A stretch of DNA of 64,000 nucleotides from Octopus vulgaris (taxonomy: Eukaryota), in NCBI GenBank assembly GCA_951406725.2, contig OX597832.1, positions 41,044,001 to 41,108,000 on the forward strand, written 5' to 3'. Below the pieces are notes generated by a model, which saw only the letters and a program-made list of their open reading frames with translations, had not been told where the DNA came from and made no database searches. Position 1 is the stretch's first letter. Each line of letters opens with the position of its first letter. The translations under genes and the position numbers were made by a program. Positions 40,201-53,720 of the stretch are shown here, in pieces.

Positions 40201-41670
40201 GCCACTAAAGATAAACTTAGTTAAAACCAAAATTTGACCTAGCTAATGACAGTTTTTTTCAAGTGATGTGCTTACTTGGAGTGTCATTGTACCACTTCCC
40301 AAACAACAAAATACTTATTACTTTAACCACTTGTGTTATAGTAGTAATAACAGCAACAGCCAGTGGTGATGGTGGTAGTAGAAGTAGTAGTCCTTGCTTA
40401 GTTTCAGATATCTACCATCCATGATCAAACCCTTACTTTTTTTTTCCCTCTAGACACAGCTTGTCTCTAAGATTATGTTAGCCAATGTGCCCTTCTAAGT
40501 TTTCAGGCAGCAGCTAGTGATGATGCAATTAAGATTAAGCTGCTATTTCTAGTAGAACGGATGGCCATTGAACCCTTTGTTGGATTGTGAATATGTCATT
40601 TCTAGAAGCAGAATGCTTACAATGTTAGAAATATTTCCGACTGTTACTCAGCATTTTGTCTTGGTGTTTTATATTCTATTTTTTTTACTGCACTTCTTCA
40701 GTAATAGATTGGCAGAACCATTAGAGAGTTCAACAAACCCACAATCTTACGATCATGGTGCTAACACCCTAACCACTAAGCCACGCGCCTCCAGTATAAT
40801 ATTACTATTATTATATTTTATTCACTGTAATAAATTGTATCTATTCAGTTTCTCCGTTACCATCTGGAGATATCTAGAGCAAAGATAGAAGTTACAAAAA
40901 CCAACTGGAGAAATTAGTGACAAGCTGGTTGGTATAATTGTATTATTTATTATATTGTTTTGTTTTTGTTAATTCTTTCTCTGATCTCAACTCTTGGACT
41001 TCAGCCATGCTGATGCACCATTTTCAAAGGTTTTAGCCAACCATATTGACCCAGAGCTTACTTTAATTTGGTACTTAAGTTATTGATTCAATGTTATTTT
41101 TCCACACAACACTGTTTTTTTTAAACTATGTTGTGCCAAATATATGTGCATATACATGCTTTGTTCTGATATGATATTTATCTTTGAGCTCCAGGTCAGT
41201 GATAATTGGGCGCTTAAGATCAAAGACGTTCCACTCATGACCAACTGGTCATATGGCTAAAAAGTTCATTTCAGAATCACAATCTACTCATGGTTTCAAT
41301 CCCATTCTGTGGCACTTTGGACAAATAAATAAGTGTTTTCTGCCATAACTTCAGATTTACCCAAGTTTTGTGAGAAATATTGCATAGAAGAAAACTGTTC
41401 TAAAACTAGATGGAGGATTGTACCTAATCTTAAGTGATAAACATAATCCGTTCCCTAGATTAACACCACCACACCTGATCCTTGGTGGCCCTTCGCAAAA
41501 TCCCCTTTGTTGCTGGTCTTTGGTCTAAGGCAATGGTTCTCAACCATCTTTTACCTATGGACCCCTTTCTCAATTATTTTATTCCATCCACTGGCTATTC
41601 GATGTTTAAAAGCTATTTCTACAAATACTTCTTTCAAAATTCCTAATTCCTCATTTCCATACACTAATAT

Positions 41671-41886
41671 ATATTTCTTTACTGCCCTCAAGGTGCTAAA
41701 CATAGAGGGGACAAACAAGGGCAGACAAAGGGATTAAGTCGATTACATCGACCCAGTGCGAAACTGGTACTTTATTTATCGACCCCGAGAGGATGAAAGG
41801 CAAAGTCGACCTCGGCGGAATTTGAACTCAGAACGTAACGGCTACGCATTTTGCCCGGCGTGCTAACGATTCTGCCAGCTCGCCGC
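41671..41886 (-). mobile_element. SINE family B inserted next to an hAT-like end (41530 caatggttctcaacc)
   Basis: Reverse complement match to 50587-50817. Confidence 0.85.
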
Positions 41887-42372
41887 TAATATAACAATAC
41901 CCCCAAATTAGAATACTCACATCCTGTCATACTAACATGTAGCAATATTCCTACATTGCTATCGCTCCATGTGGTACTCTTATGTTTCTATAATCCTATA
42001 TCGCCATGCTCTCACAATGTCATGCTGCCATACTCCCATGATGTAATATTTCCTTCATGTCATATTACAATGCTCCATGGCTCTCGTATTTCCACACTGC
42101 CCATTATCCCAGACTCATGTATCGAAACACACCCATATCACTTATATTCCCATGCTAACAGCCTGGTCTATTGATAGATCCTCTTAGAGCATAAAACATG
42201 GCCAGACAGTTGTTAATGGTGTTATAAATGTGGCGTAAACATGTAGCAATTACACATCTCCAATGATTGCCTAGTGGTGACATCGTCATCATCATAATCA
42301 CCATCATCATCGTCATCATCCACATACCATAATACCATTCCGTAGCTATTTTCCCAACAATTATTATTATTT

Positions 42373-42543
42373 TAGTAGTAGTAGTAGTAGTAGTAGTAGC
42401 GGTGGTAGTAGTAGTAGCAGTAGTAGTAGTAGTAGCCGCAGCAGTAGTAGTAGTAGCGGCAGTAGTAGAAGTAGTAGTAGTAGCAGCAGCAGTGGTAGTA
42501 GTAGTAGTAGAAGCAGCAGCAGTAGTAGTGGCAGTGGCAGCAG
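42373..42543. repeat. (TAG/CAG)n compound microsatellite
   Basis: Direct reading; source of the poly-Val/Ala ORF. Confidence 0.95.
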
Positions 42544-42799
42544 GTCTGCAGCTAACAGCTCACTTCCTTTTTAATTCCTGTGCCGATCGCTTAAATTGTA
42601 TCCTATTATTCCGAGTCACGATTATGTTCCTCTCTTCATGGGATACGGATGCGAGAGAGAGGAAAGATGGTGAAAAATGCACACACACACTCATGCAAAC
42701 ATATTCACTGAAAGCACCGATGATTCATTTGGTTCCGACTCCAAGTTTGCTATTATGTGTGATGGAGTAAATCATAAGTTAATTAAATTCAATTATATT

Positions 42800-43180
42800 C
42801 AAGCATGGTTGTGTGGTAAGAAGCTTGCTCCACAGCCACATGGTTCCAGGTTCAATCTCATTGCATAGCACCTTCTTCTATAGCCTCAGGCCGACCAAAG
42901 CCTTATGAGTAGATTTGGTCGACAGAAACTGAAAGAAGTCTGTAGTATATATATATATGTGTGTGTGTGTGTCTGTGTTTGTCCCCCCATCACTGCTTAA
43001 CAACCGGTGTGAGTGTATTTACGTCCCCATAACTTAGCCGTTGGGCAAAATAGATTGATAGAATAAGTACCAGGCTTAAAAAAATAAAAGTAAGTCCTGC
43101 GGTCAATTTGTTTGATTAAAACCCCCACAAGATGGTGCTCCAGCATGGCTGAAGTCGAATGACTGAAACAAGTAAAAAAA
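42800..43180 (+). mobile_element. SINE family A, older diverged copy
   Basis: tggttgtgtggtaagaagcttgc head through gactgaaacaagtaaaa tail. Confidence 0.8.
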
Positions 43181-43309
43181 TAAAATAATTGCTTCTCTTC
43201 TTTGTACATTCAAAATCTGCTTTGAGAAATTATTTCTAAACTATGCAAGCATGGAAATTATAACATTAACTCATGATGATAAAGATGATGATGATATATA
43301 TACATATGT

Positions 43310-43565
43310 ATCATCATCATCATCGTTTAACGTCCACTTTGCATGCTAGCATGGGTTGGATGATTTGCCTGAGGGCTGGCAAACCAGATGGCTGCACCAG
43401 GCTCCAATCTTGATTTGGCAAAGTTTCTACAGCTGGATGCCCTTCCTAACGCCAACAACTCCAAGAGTGTTGTGGGTGCTTTTACGTGCCACCGACACGA
43501 GGGCCAGTCAGGCGGTACTGGCAACAGCCACTCCCAAATAGTGTGTTTTTATGTGCCACTTGCAC
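43310..43565 (-). mobile_element. SINE family D
   Basis: (ATC)n then reverse complement of the family D body. Confidence 0.8.
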
Positions 43566-44394
43566 ACATATGTATAGAAAAGTGAACATTAAAACAATGG
43601 TCATGATGACATCAACAGCAGCGAAACATAACACATGTAAGTAATTTTGGAAAATTAACATGACAGGATCTTAATGCAGATAGCATATGCACTGACTGCA
43701 TCTACGTTACTATTAGGGAATCATTAATACTCTTAAAGCACAGAAACACACAACAAATAGTGAATTGTAAGAAGAAATATACAAGAGAAAACATGCTTAT
43801 ATATATTTATATAGATAGGTAGATAGATAAATATAGATATATACACACACATACACATACCCACACACAATGACAAGTCAACTTTGGAGAATTCTTTTTC
43901 TCGAGATAATCTCCTCTCATATGGAGCTGGTCTCAATTGCCATTTGGTAATTGTGTCACATCCTCTTGAGTCAGAGGTGATATTAATAAATCAAGAAACT
44001 ATAAGAGCATGGCATTTGAAAACCTGAAGGCTATTGAGTGATAGTAACCTGAACTAATAGTACAAACAGACAGCTTTTCTTCTTTGTCAAAGTGTATGAC
44101 ACTATATGAGTCTTTGTGTGTTTTGTGTAAAAGTATATGAGGAGCCAGTTATTGTCTGTTGTCTATCTTTAAAGAGAGTTATTTCTTAAAAACTTCCTAT
44201 AATTAAAGTTTGTGAATTTGATATATAAACATATATATGTATACATGCGTATGTGTGTATATAATATATATGTATATATATATATATGAAGTTAATCAAA
44301 CATGAAGCATGAACGAAGAGAAAACGCAACAACGAGAGGACGTGGAACAAGTATAGTGTTATTGGACACTCGGGAAAGGAAAGAAAGAAAGAGG

Positions 44395-44429
44395 ATTTAA
44401 CGTTTCGAGCGGAGCCCTTCGTCAGAAAC
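44395..44429 (-). ncRNA. Minimal type-I hammerhead ribozyme motif with intact catalytic core
   Basis: GTTT-CTGACGA-A-GGGC(TCC)GCTC-GAAACG-TT-AAAT; lies in a ~210-bp element (44287-44498) embedded in (TA)n. Confidence 0.65.
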
Positions 44430-44565
44430 ATAGGAAAAGGAAAAGGTCCAAGGAAGGAAACACGGAGAAAGAAAATCGCCAACAATACACACACAGTATG
44501 TATATATATATATGTATACATATGTACATATATGTATATATATATATATACATGTCTGTATATGT

Positions 44566-44598
<33 letters not shown>

Positions 44599-44699
44599 GA
44601 GAGAGAGAGAGATGTATATGTGTGTATGTATATATATATATATATATATATACATACATACATACATACATTCATACATACATACATAACATGGCCTAG

Positions 44700-45240
44700 T
44701 AATTTGTCTGTTGCAATCACAATTACAATAATTGGGGGAAAAGGGTTTGTGTGGGGTGAGAGGATTAGATGCAGCAAGAGGTATAAAGACAAATGAGTCA
44801 AGGATGCCTGAGTAGTGGAGATATGATACTAACCAGCTCCAAAAAAAATAGGGGCCATTATAGTAGTGATAGAAAGTCAGAGAGGAGACAGCATGCACGT
44901 GGTCTAGAGGCTGGAGTATGGCTATTAGTAGCTGAATATTGATTGGTTGAGTGGCTCTTCTTCTCTTGATGCAGTCCAGGATGTCTCTGTGTGTGTGTAG
45001 CAGCAACAATCCCAGATGCAGGTGCAATGGTTCATTGTTGGCCTCACTTGAGCCGTGTAGAATGTCAACAGCTGTTTGGAGAGTGAAATATCTTCTGACC
45101 CTAAAGAGAAGGGCCAGTCATTAGGATGCTGCTTTCACTATACTAAGAGATCCTCCATGCTAGTAAACCCCAACTTTTGAATCAGCAGCGAGGGTTTTAG
45201 TTGAGCATCACCCATATTTAGTGAAGATGTGGTGGTTGGT
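44700..45240 (-). mobile_element. LINE RT C-terminal fragment (CR1/Jockey group)
   Basis: Minus frames give FYTAQVRPTMNHCTCIWD and DILDCIKRRRATQPI...LQPLDHVHAVSSLTFYHYYNG, matching the YKAQVRP.MEY..W / LD.VQRRA / LQPL.HRR.V.SL pattern. Confidence 0.72.
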
Positions 45241-46044
45241 AAAATGATAGTGGCAATGGAAGTTCATGTTCTCATCAATTGCAGATGATTTGACCACAGA
45301 ACTGGTGAATCACAGTTCGGTGGATTGGGCTCAAAGCAGTAAATTATATAAACTGCCTCAAAGATTTTGTGGTAATTCTCTGCATTCTTAGTTCCAATGT
45401 TGTTGTGGTCAAATTTGTCTTTCAACGTTTTGAGAATCAATAGAAGAGAAAATTACCAAAGAAGGTACTCAAATTACATCCTAGCACCTTAAAAAGAAAC
45501 ACATTGGACAATATACTGTAATGGCCAAGAGAAACACAGGATGATCAGAGACTGGATACCAATTAATATAGACTTTCAATTGGTGGTAATTTGTGACTAA
45601 ACATTAGCAATTTTAGTTCTACAACTTTTTTATGCTTTCTGTTTTAGCTGTCTTGTAAGTTATCTGGAAAATATTATCACACAGAGATGGCATCTTATAC
45701 AGTGCAGTGAATCTTCATCGTCGTCATCGTCATCATCATCATCATCAACAACAGCAGCACCACCACCTCCACCATCATCATATTCTCAATATCACCACCT
45801 ATTGTCAGTACCCATCACCGTTGTTATCGTCATCATTATCATCATCATCATTGTCATTATCACCTCCACCTCCACCACCATCACCAACAATGTAATCCTT
45901 GAGATAACAAAGGTATGTCTATGAATTATCTGTATATATAGAAATTCCTTATAAGAATAAGATGGTTGGAATGTCTTTGATGATGTCTTTGACCTAGGGA
46001 TAAAAAAATTAACAACTACAAACTAAGAGGAAAACCACAAGAAT

Positions 46045-47191
46045 CAGTGGTTTTCAACCATTTTTTTACCAATAGACTCTTTTGATAACTATTCTATTCT
46101 GGTGGACCCTCATGGCCATTGAATGTTTAAAAGCTAGTGATTTCAAAAATCCCGTTTTGTTTTTCACATGTTCCCTTACTCTTTTACTTGTTTCAGTCAT
46201 TTGACTGCGGCCATGCTGGAGCACCGCCTTTAGTCGAGCAAATCGACCCCGGGACTTATTCTTTGTAAGCCCAGTACTTATTCTATCGGTCTCTTTTGCC
46301 GAACCACTAAGTGACAGGGACATAAACACACCAGCATCGGTTGTCAAGCAATGCTAGGGGGACAAACACAGACACACAAACACACACACACATACATATA
46401 TATACATATATATGACGGGCTTCTTTCAGTTTCCGTCTACCAAATCCACTCACAAGGCTTTGGTCAGCCCGAGGCTATAGTAGAAGACACTTGCCCAAGG
46501 TGCCACGCAGTGAGAATGAACCTAGAACTATGTGGTTGGTAAGCAAGCTACTTACCACACAGCCACTCCTGCGCCTATGCTCATTGTTTATCTTAAATTG
46601 CTTCAGTCATTGGATTGCAGCCATGCTAGGGTGCTGCTTTGACTCCAAAAATATCAAATTGCAAAGGGAAAATGGTAAGGCTTCTATAGCAAAAGCAACA
46701 ATATTTTGCATGAAGCCTAAAACTAAGGATGTATATGGATCTGAAGAGTAATCTTTTCAGAAGTAGTGGCAGTTGCAATGCTTTGACTTGGTAAGTTTCT
46801 GCTATCCTCGAGTGCAAAAGCAATCATCATTGCTGAACTGACTGTGCCCTCGGCAGGATAGACATGACATTTCTCATCAAGGTGCCACGCAGTGGGACTG
46901 AACCCGGGACCATGTGGTTGGTAAACAAGCTACTTACCACACAGCCACTCCTGCGCCTATATAGGTTTGTATTAGAAGTCTCTCAGAGAGCAAGCTTCAG
47001 TTGCCAGAAGCATGTTAAAAACTAGGTCAAACATTAGAGAAAGAAACCCAGCTGTTTCTTGTAATGAATACATCTAAAGCAAAATCTTTTTCCTGTGGGC
47101 CCTTAAAATACTATTGTTGATTAATTAACTATTTTGCTAGCATGGATCCTCCACCACAAAGTCTTATATGGACCCCAGTTGAGAACCACTG
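46045..47191. mobile_element. hAT (Charlie-like) non-autonomous element ends enclosing nested SINEs
   Basis: Left CAGTGGTTTTCAAC and right GTTGAGAACCACTG are complementary TIRs; TSD not exact, so pairing of these two ends is inferred. Confidence 0.55.
46178..46577 (-). mobile_element. SINE family A, full length, young
   Basis: Complete reverse complement copy ending ccactcctgcgcct; a second head fragment at 46877-46958. Confidence 0.9.
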
Positions 47192-47548
47192 CACTAGATC
47201 GCCGACTGACTTGTTAAAAATAGCAGCCAAATCTGCTGCACTGTTTAAAAGTCAAGTATATTTCCAATAACGTTGGACTCAATGCAGTATGTCTGAATAA
47301 GACAGTGGGGTTACATCTAGAACGTCTTTGATCATAGGTCTACTGGGTCAAGACTAACCTAGGGCTAAACTGCAATACCAATAAAGAATGCGTTAGATAA
47401 CGTAGTCCAAGATGCCAAGAGGGGTGGTCACGGCTGAGAGTGGATCTAGGTTAAAATACAGTAATACAAAGAATACATTAACATAAAATACATTAATAAA
47501 TCAAAATCGAAATCAATCAACATCAATGGAAATTGTAGCTGTGATACC

Positions 47549-47868
47549 AGTGCCGGTGGCACGTAAGAGAACCATCCGAACGTGGCCGTTGCCAGCACTG
47601 CCCCAACTGGCCTCCATGCCGGTAGCACGTAAAAATCACCATCCGATCGTAGCCGTTTGCCAGCCTCGTCTGGCCCCTGTGTTGGTGGCACGTAAAAAGC
47701 ACCCACTACAGTCACGTAGTGGTTGGCGTTAGGAAGGGCATCCAGCCGTAGAAACATTGCCAGATCAGACTGGGCCTGGTGCAGCCTCCTGGTTTCCCAG
47801 ACCCCGGTCGAACCGTCCAACCCATGCCACCATAGAAAGCGGACGCTAAACGATGATGATGATGATGA
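47549..47868 (+). mobile_element. SINE family D with three upstream modules
   Basis: Three ggt(g/a)gcacgtaa modules, conserved body, (GAT)n tail. Confidence 0.82.
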
Positions 47869-48496
47869 AGAAAGGACACATTAGATTAGACAGAACAGTT
47901 CTAGACTTAATATACCCAAATGAAAAAGCACAGGGTGGTCACTGCTGGTACACCGTGGACCAGGGCTAAACAACTGCGTCAAACTGGTATTTCGGCTAAA
48001 ATTTAAGGTGCAGCTATTTAAAGAGTTTAATTTGAACTTGCGGCTTGTTGTGTCAGTCAACCTTCTGACCTTTCGTTGTGGCTCTTTCGTTTATTAGACA
48101 AATTAACTGTCACTAATAATTTGTCTGCTGACTAATAAATTTGAAAGATAAAATTTGAACATCGATGTGTGCGTGTGCACAGCACACAAAACACATACAT
48201 ATACACTGTGTGTATCTGTTCCACATCATGTTTTATAATGCGTACACACATACATATGAACGTGTGTATGCGTACACAGTCTGGTGTCAGTGCATTCGCC
48301 CGTTAATGTGTTGTTGGTGTGTGTGTGTATATCTAGAAATATCGGTGAAAGATAAAAAGAAGAGATACAAGCACAGACAGGGGTGGGTGAAAGACGGAAA
48401 GATGGTGCGGTGTTTGGGGGGTAAATCTTCATAGATTCAAGAGAGAAAGTGAAACAAAAAGGGACTCCGTAATGAATGTGTTTGTGTGCGTTTGCC

Positions 48497-48610
48497 TCTG
48501 TGTGTTGGCATGTACGTGTGTATATGTCTGTGTGTTTGCATGTACGTGTGTATATGTCTGTGTGTTTGCATGTACGTGTGTATATGTCTGTGTGTTTGCA
48601 TGTACGTGTG
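48497..48610. repeat. 30-bp minisatellite, ~3.8 copies
   Basis: Unit tctgtgtgtttgcatgtacgtgtgtatatg; gives the repeated RTCKHTDIYT ORF. Confidence 0.93.
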
Positions 48611-48670
48611 TCGGGGTGGGTGAATGAAAAGGCAAAGAACAAAAGGATGCGTGCGTATGTTGTATTAGCG

Positions 48671-48708
<38 letters not shown>

Positions 48709-49786
48709 CACATATATACACACGCGAGCGCATGTATAGGAGAAAGAGACTGTGTATATGTATGCGCAAGTGAGAAGTATCTTTGTATGTGTTTTTCTAA
48801 TCTGGTCTTATGTAAGGTGACAACGATGAGTTAGGTGTAATGTTCCGTTTTGTATTAACAATGTCACTGTGTTCTACATTCTATCTCAACCCCGCTCCGT
48901 CCAACACGAGCACACATACACAGAGAGGCAGAAGCAAAAACATATACGCACACACATAATACCATTACACACACACACACGAGAAAAGCACACATACAAA
49001 CAAATACACATATACACACTGAGGCTGAATAAGAAAAAAAGCCGAGACATATATACACCACGTATACTCAGAATAGAATTAGTGTGCGGCCAAGTGTCTA
49101 GCCGAGTGTATGCGTTAAGTCCGGATGAGACAAGCAGCAATGACACACCACCTGGCAAATTGATGCCCTGCAGCTGAACGAATGAGTGACGACGATGCGG
49201 TGATGCACCACCAAAGCAAGTCCTTCACCGACGTCACCCTCAGCTGTCATCGTGTTAAGTGTGTTAAGGTCTCTGCAACACCTAAATCACACTCACAGAC
49301 ACAGACAGACGTCACCATTTCTCTGGCAAAATAAATGTAAGACAAAAGGAAAGCGACTTGAATAAATTGGATGATGATGATGATGACGACGGCGGCGATG
49401 ACAATTACGATGATGTCAACGAAGCGTCGGGGTTGTTGTTGTTGTTATTGGTGGTGGTGGTGGTGGTAGAAGTGATGTTGATGACGACGACGAAGATTAC
49501 GATAAATGTCAGCGGTGGAAGTAGTAGTGGTGTGTGTGTGTGTGAGGTGAAGATGACGATTATGATGATGATAAGTATCAAAATAAAGATAACAATGTTT
49601 ATTTATTTATTTTGCTCCAAGAGCAACGAAAAGCAAAACATGAAGTTGAAAATATTTTCCAAGATTTAAAAACCAGAAATTTAGTGGATGTGGGGATAAC
49701 GTCGAATAAATGAAACCTCGGTATTTTAGATCTGGGATTTGAACTCAGAGCTTGAACGGATGAAACTAAATATAACAAAGTATCTC

Positions 49787-49822
<36 letters not shown>

Positions 49823-50586
49823 GTTTCAAATTTTGGCACAAGATAAAACAGTAGTTTTTTGAAGAGAGGAGAGGTTGATTATATCAATGCAAGTACTTGA
49901 CAGGTAATTATTTAATTGATCCCGAAAGAATGAAAGGTAAAGTCGACTTCGGTGGAATTTGAATCTAAAATGTGAATCACCATCATCATTTAGCATCTGT
50001 TTTCCATGCCAGCATGGGTAAGACAGTTTGAACTGGAATTGGTAAGCTGGAGAGCTGTACCAGGCTCCAGTCGGATTTGGCTTAGTTTCTGCAATTGGAT
50101 GCCCTTCATAACACCAACCACTCCAAGAGTGTAATGGGTGGCTTTTACATGTCACCTGCACAGGTGCCTTTTACATGTCACTGGCTGTCCACGACTACAA
50201 TTTCACTTGGCTTGATGAATCTTCTCAAATCGCCAAAAGTCTCGATCACTTGTCATCACTTCCATGAGACTCAGCATCCAAAGATCATCTTTCACCACCT
50301 CATCCCATGTCTTCCTGGGTCTACCTACCTCTTCCACAGGTTCCCTCCACTGTTGATGAGATCAGCAATACCACTAAGCATTCTGCATTCTAATTCTGGC
50401 TCAACGCCAGAGATGTTTGAAGGAGTATGGGCAGGGGTTATTCAATTACATCGATCCAGTGCTCGACTGGTACTTTATCAACTCCGAAATAATAAAAGAC
50501 AAAGTCAATTTCGATTTCGATTTCACTTGCCTCAACAGGTCTTCGCAAGCAGAGTTTAGTGTCCAATGAAGGAAAGGTATGCATAA

Positions 50587-50817
50587 GGCGGCGAGCTGGC
50601 AGAAGCGTTAGCACGCCGGGCGAAATGCTTTGCGGTATTTCGTCTGCCGTTACGCTGTGAGTTCAAATTCCGCCGAGGTCGACTTTGCCTTTCGTCCTTT
50701 CAGGGTCGATAAATTAAGTACCAGTTACGCACTGGGGTCGATGTAATCGACTTAATACCTACGTCTGTCCTTGTTTGTCCCTTCTATGTTTAGCCCCCTG
50801 TGGGTAATAAAAAAATA
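50587..50817 (+). mobile_element. SINE family B, young, with TSD
   Basis: Full-length CpG-rich copy flanked by aggtatgcataagg on both sides; inserted into an older repeat. Confidence 0.9.
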
Positions 50818-51056
50818 GGTATGCATAAGGGGGCTGGTTACACCACTGGCATAGGCCATGAGATTATGGTCTCAATTGGGCTTGTCGAGTCTTCTCAAGC
50901 ACAGCATATTTCCAAAGGTCCCGGTCACTAGTCATTGCCTTGGTGAGGCCCAATGTTCGATCCCATATTATCTAATTGTAACTCAACAATTATGTTTAAA
51001 TATGAAAAAAAAAAACATAATCTAAACCAATACCAATTGTTTGCCTGTTCATATAT

Positions 51057-51439
51057 GAAGCACTCCGTCGGTTACGACGACGGGGGTTCCGGTTGATCCG
51101 AATCAACGGAACAGCCTGCTCGTGAAATTAACGTGTAAGTGGCTGAGCACTCCACAGACACGTGTACCCTTAACGTAGTTCTCGGGGATATTCAGCGTGA
51201 CACAGAGAGTGACAAGGCTGGCCCCTTTGAAATACAGGTACAACAGAAACAGGAAGTAAAGGTGAGAGAAAGTTGTGGTGAAAGAGTACAGCAGGGATCA
51301 CCACCACCCCCTGCCGGAGCCTCGTGGAGCTTTAGGTGTTTTCGCTCAGTAAACACTCAAAACGCCCCGTCTGGGAATCGAAACCGCGATCCTATGACCG
51401 TGAGTCCGCTGCCCTAACCACTGGGCCATTGCGCCTCCA
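51057..51439 (-). mobile_element. SINE family C (tRNA-derived), full length with TSD
   Basis: Reverse complement of 56811-57197; 13-bp TSD cctgttcatatat (51044-56, 51440-52). Confidence 0.92.
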
Positions 51440-51874
51440 CCTGTTCATATATACGTTCTACAGAACACACACATGTGCGCACATGCACACACACACAAAC
51501 AGAAAGAGAGAGTAGAAGGCACAGATAGATAACTACATAAACAGACAGGCAGACAGACAGATGGATGTCATGATCTTGATATTTAAACAAAACAGATGTT
51601 TATTTATTCCTTCCCAATTAATCTCAGCAAAACCAACTCACTTTATTCGTCAATTCAATTATTAAACTTTTCCAAATTCTTGAAATGCACTTGACTGTAC
51701 ATTCTACAGGTCGATTGACAACTTTGCCAAGCGCTGGCATCTTAGAAACACAAGTAACCCTGGCACCAAGGAACTGTAGTGGTCTCTTTGAAATAACAAC
51801 AGTAAATTGTTGTTTTCCTTCTTAAACAGCTGCTGAGAGATAATAAAAATGTATAAATATATAAATAAAAATAA

Positions 51875-52142
<268 letters not shown>

Positions 52143-52509
52143 TATTAGCAGGTATTAGTTTTTTCCGTACATGCTCCCTGTGGCTTCTCTATCCATTTCC
52201 AGACCATGAGTAATGTTTGTCAGTTTTTAGAACTACAAGATGTTATATGCAGAGCATGGGATGAAGATGGGTGATGAGGAGGATGGGTGGAATATTTGTC
52301 TGTGTCTATGTGCATTCATGCGTGTATATGTATGTGTATATTAGGTGATGAATTAGGCATAGTTGGAAGAATTGGCAAAACACTGGGTACCTTATGGTAT
52401 TTGTTCTGGCTCTTTGCACTCAAAGTCCAAAACACACCAAGAATTAACTCTATCTTTCATCTTCTCAGACAGAGTTGGAAAAATGTACCAGTCAAATCCT
52501 GAGGCTGAT

Positions 52510-52545
<36 letters not shown>

Positions 52546-53271
52546 CACATTCACACATACACTCAAATATGGGCTATTGAAAATAGCACAAAACCTCTTT
52601 CTTTTAATCTCGTGAATTGTAGTTGTTAACATTTTCCCTAAAATGAAGATTGAGGGCAGAACTGCAGGCAAAAGTTCCAGACAATATCTTGCAATGTTGT
52701 TTGTAGCACTCTGTACTCTGAGTTCAAATCCCACCATTCAAGGGATGAAGGATTTGGCATTGGGAATTAGTACAGGCCTAGGAAGAAGAGAAACAATATG
52801 GGTGATGCGAGAAGTAAAAACAGATGAGTCATTTTGGCCTGGACGAAGAAGCCTTTGCATCAAATGTCACATACTTGTTGACAAAACTTCAGCCAGGATT
52901 TTACAGACCCCCCCCCCAAAAAAAAGGACTCTATCCAAAGCTGCAGAAACTGCAGACAAATCTCTCTCAATTTAAACTCTGCCATCCTTAGAAAAAGGAC
53001 ACAATGGATAAAGTAACTCCTAGATATATGTATCCAAGCATAGATATGCTCTTAAAAAAGTTTGCACGTTAACAACTTAGTTCTGGATTCAATCCCATTG
53101 CCTGATACTTTGGATAAGTATTCTCTACTATGGTCTCAGGTTGAACAATGCCTTCTGAGTGAAATTTGGTGGATGGAGGATGCATAGAACCTCGTCCTAT
53201 GTATATACATGCATACTTACTTATGTATACAGATATATACATACACGTACATATATACATGCTCACATATA

Positions 53272-53720
53272 AATGAGAGTCGTCCTAAAACTAATGCTAA
53301 AATGGGCATAACTTTTTTTTATTAACTGACAAAGAATGTTCAAATTATCTATTTGAGTAGAATAACTTTTACTTTATACAAGCTACTACTGAATGCAGTC
53401 TCCACTACAGATGATGAACCCAGCTCTGGAACCCTTTTGAAAAAAAATTCAGATGTGTACTGTTGTATCCACCTCTTCATAGCCATCTGTATTGTCTCAT
53501 CTGTGTCATCAAGTTTTAGTATCTGAAGACTGCACTTCACTGAACTGATCAGGTGGAGGTTGAACAGATGGGCCCTTGTCATCCCATAAAATAGTGATCA
53601 TGGTTTTCTGAACCAGTCATTGGCTCTTGAACTTCTTAGGCTCAGTCCAAGGACTGAGCCTTTATTTATGGATCATGTTACATTCCCTATCATCAGACTG
53701 AAAAATGTCACTTCATTGGC
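53272..53720 (-). mobile_element. Possible old mariner transposase C-terminal remnant
   Basis: Minus ORF LHLISSVKCSLQILKLDDTDETIQMAMKRWIQQYTSEFFFKR resembles the mariner 'FHLF..LK..L....F..DEEV...V..WL..Q...FF' stretch. Confidence 0.45.

Noticed and set aside
48497-48610. Regular 30-bp repeats as a CRISPR array
   Set aside because: No unique spacers, no cas genes, eukaryotic DNA; simple minisatellite.
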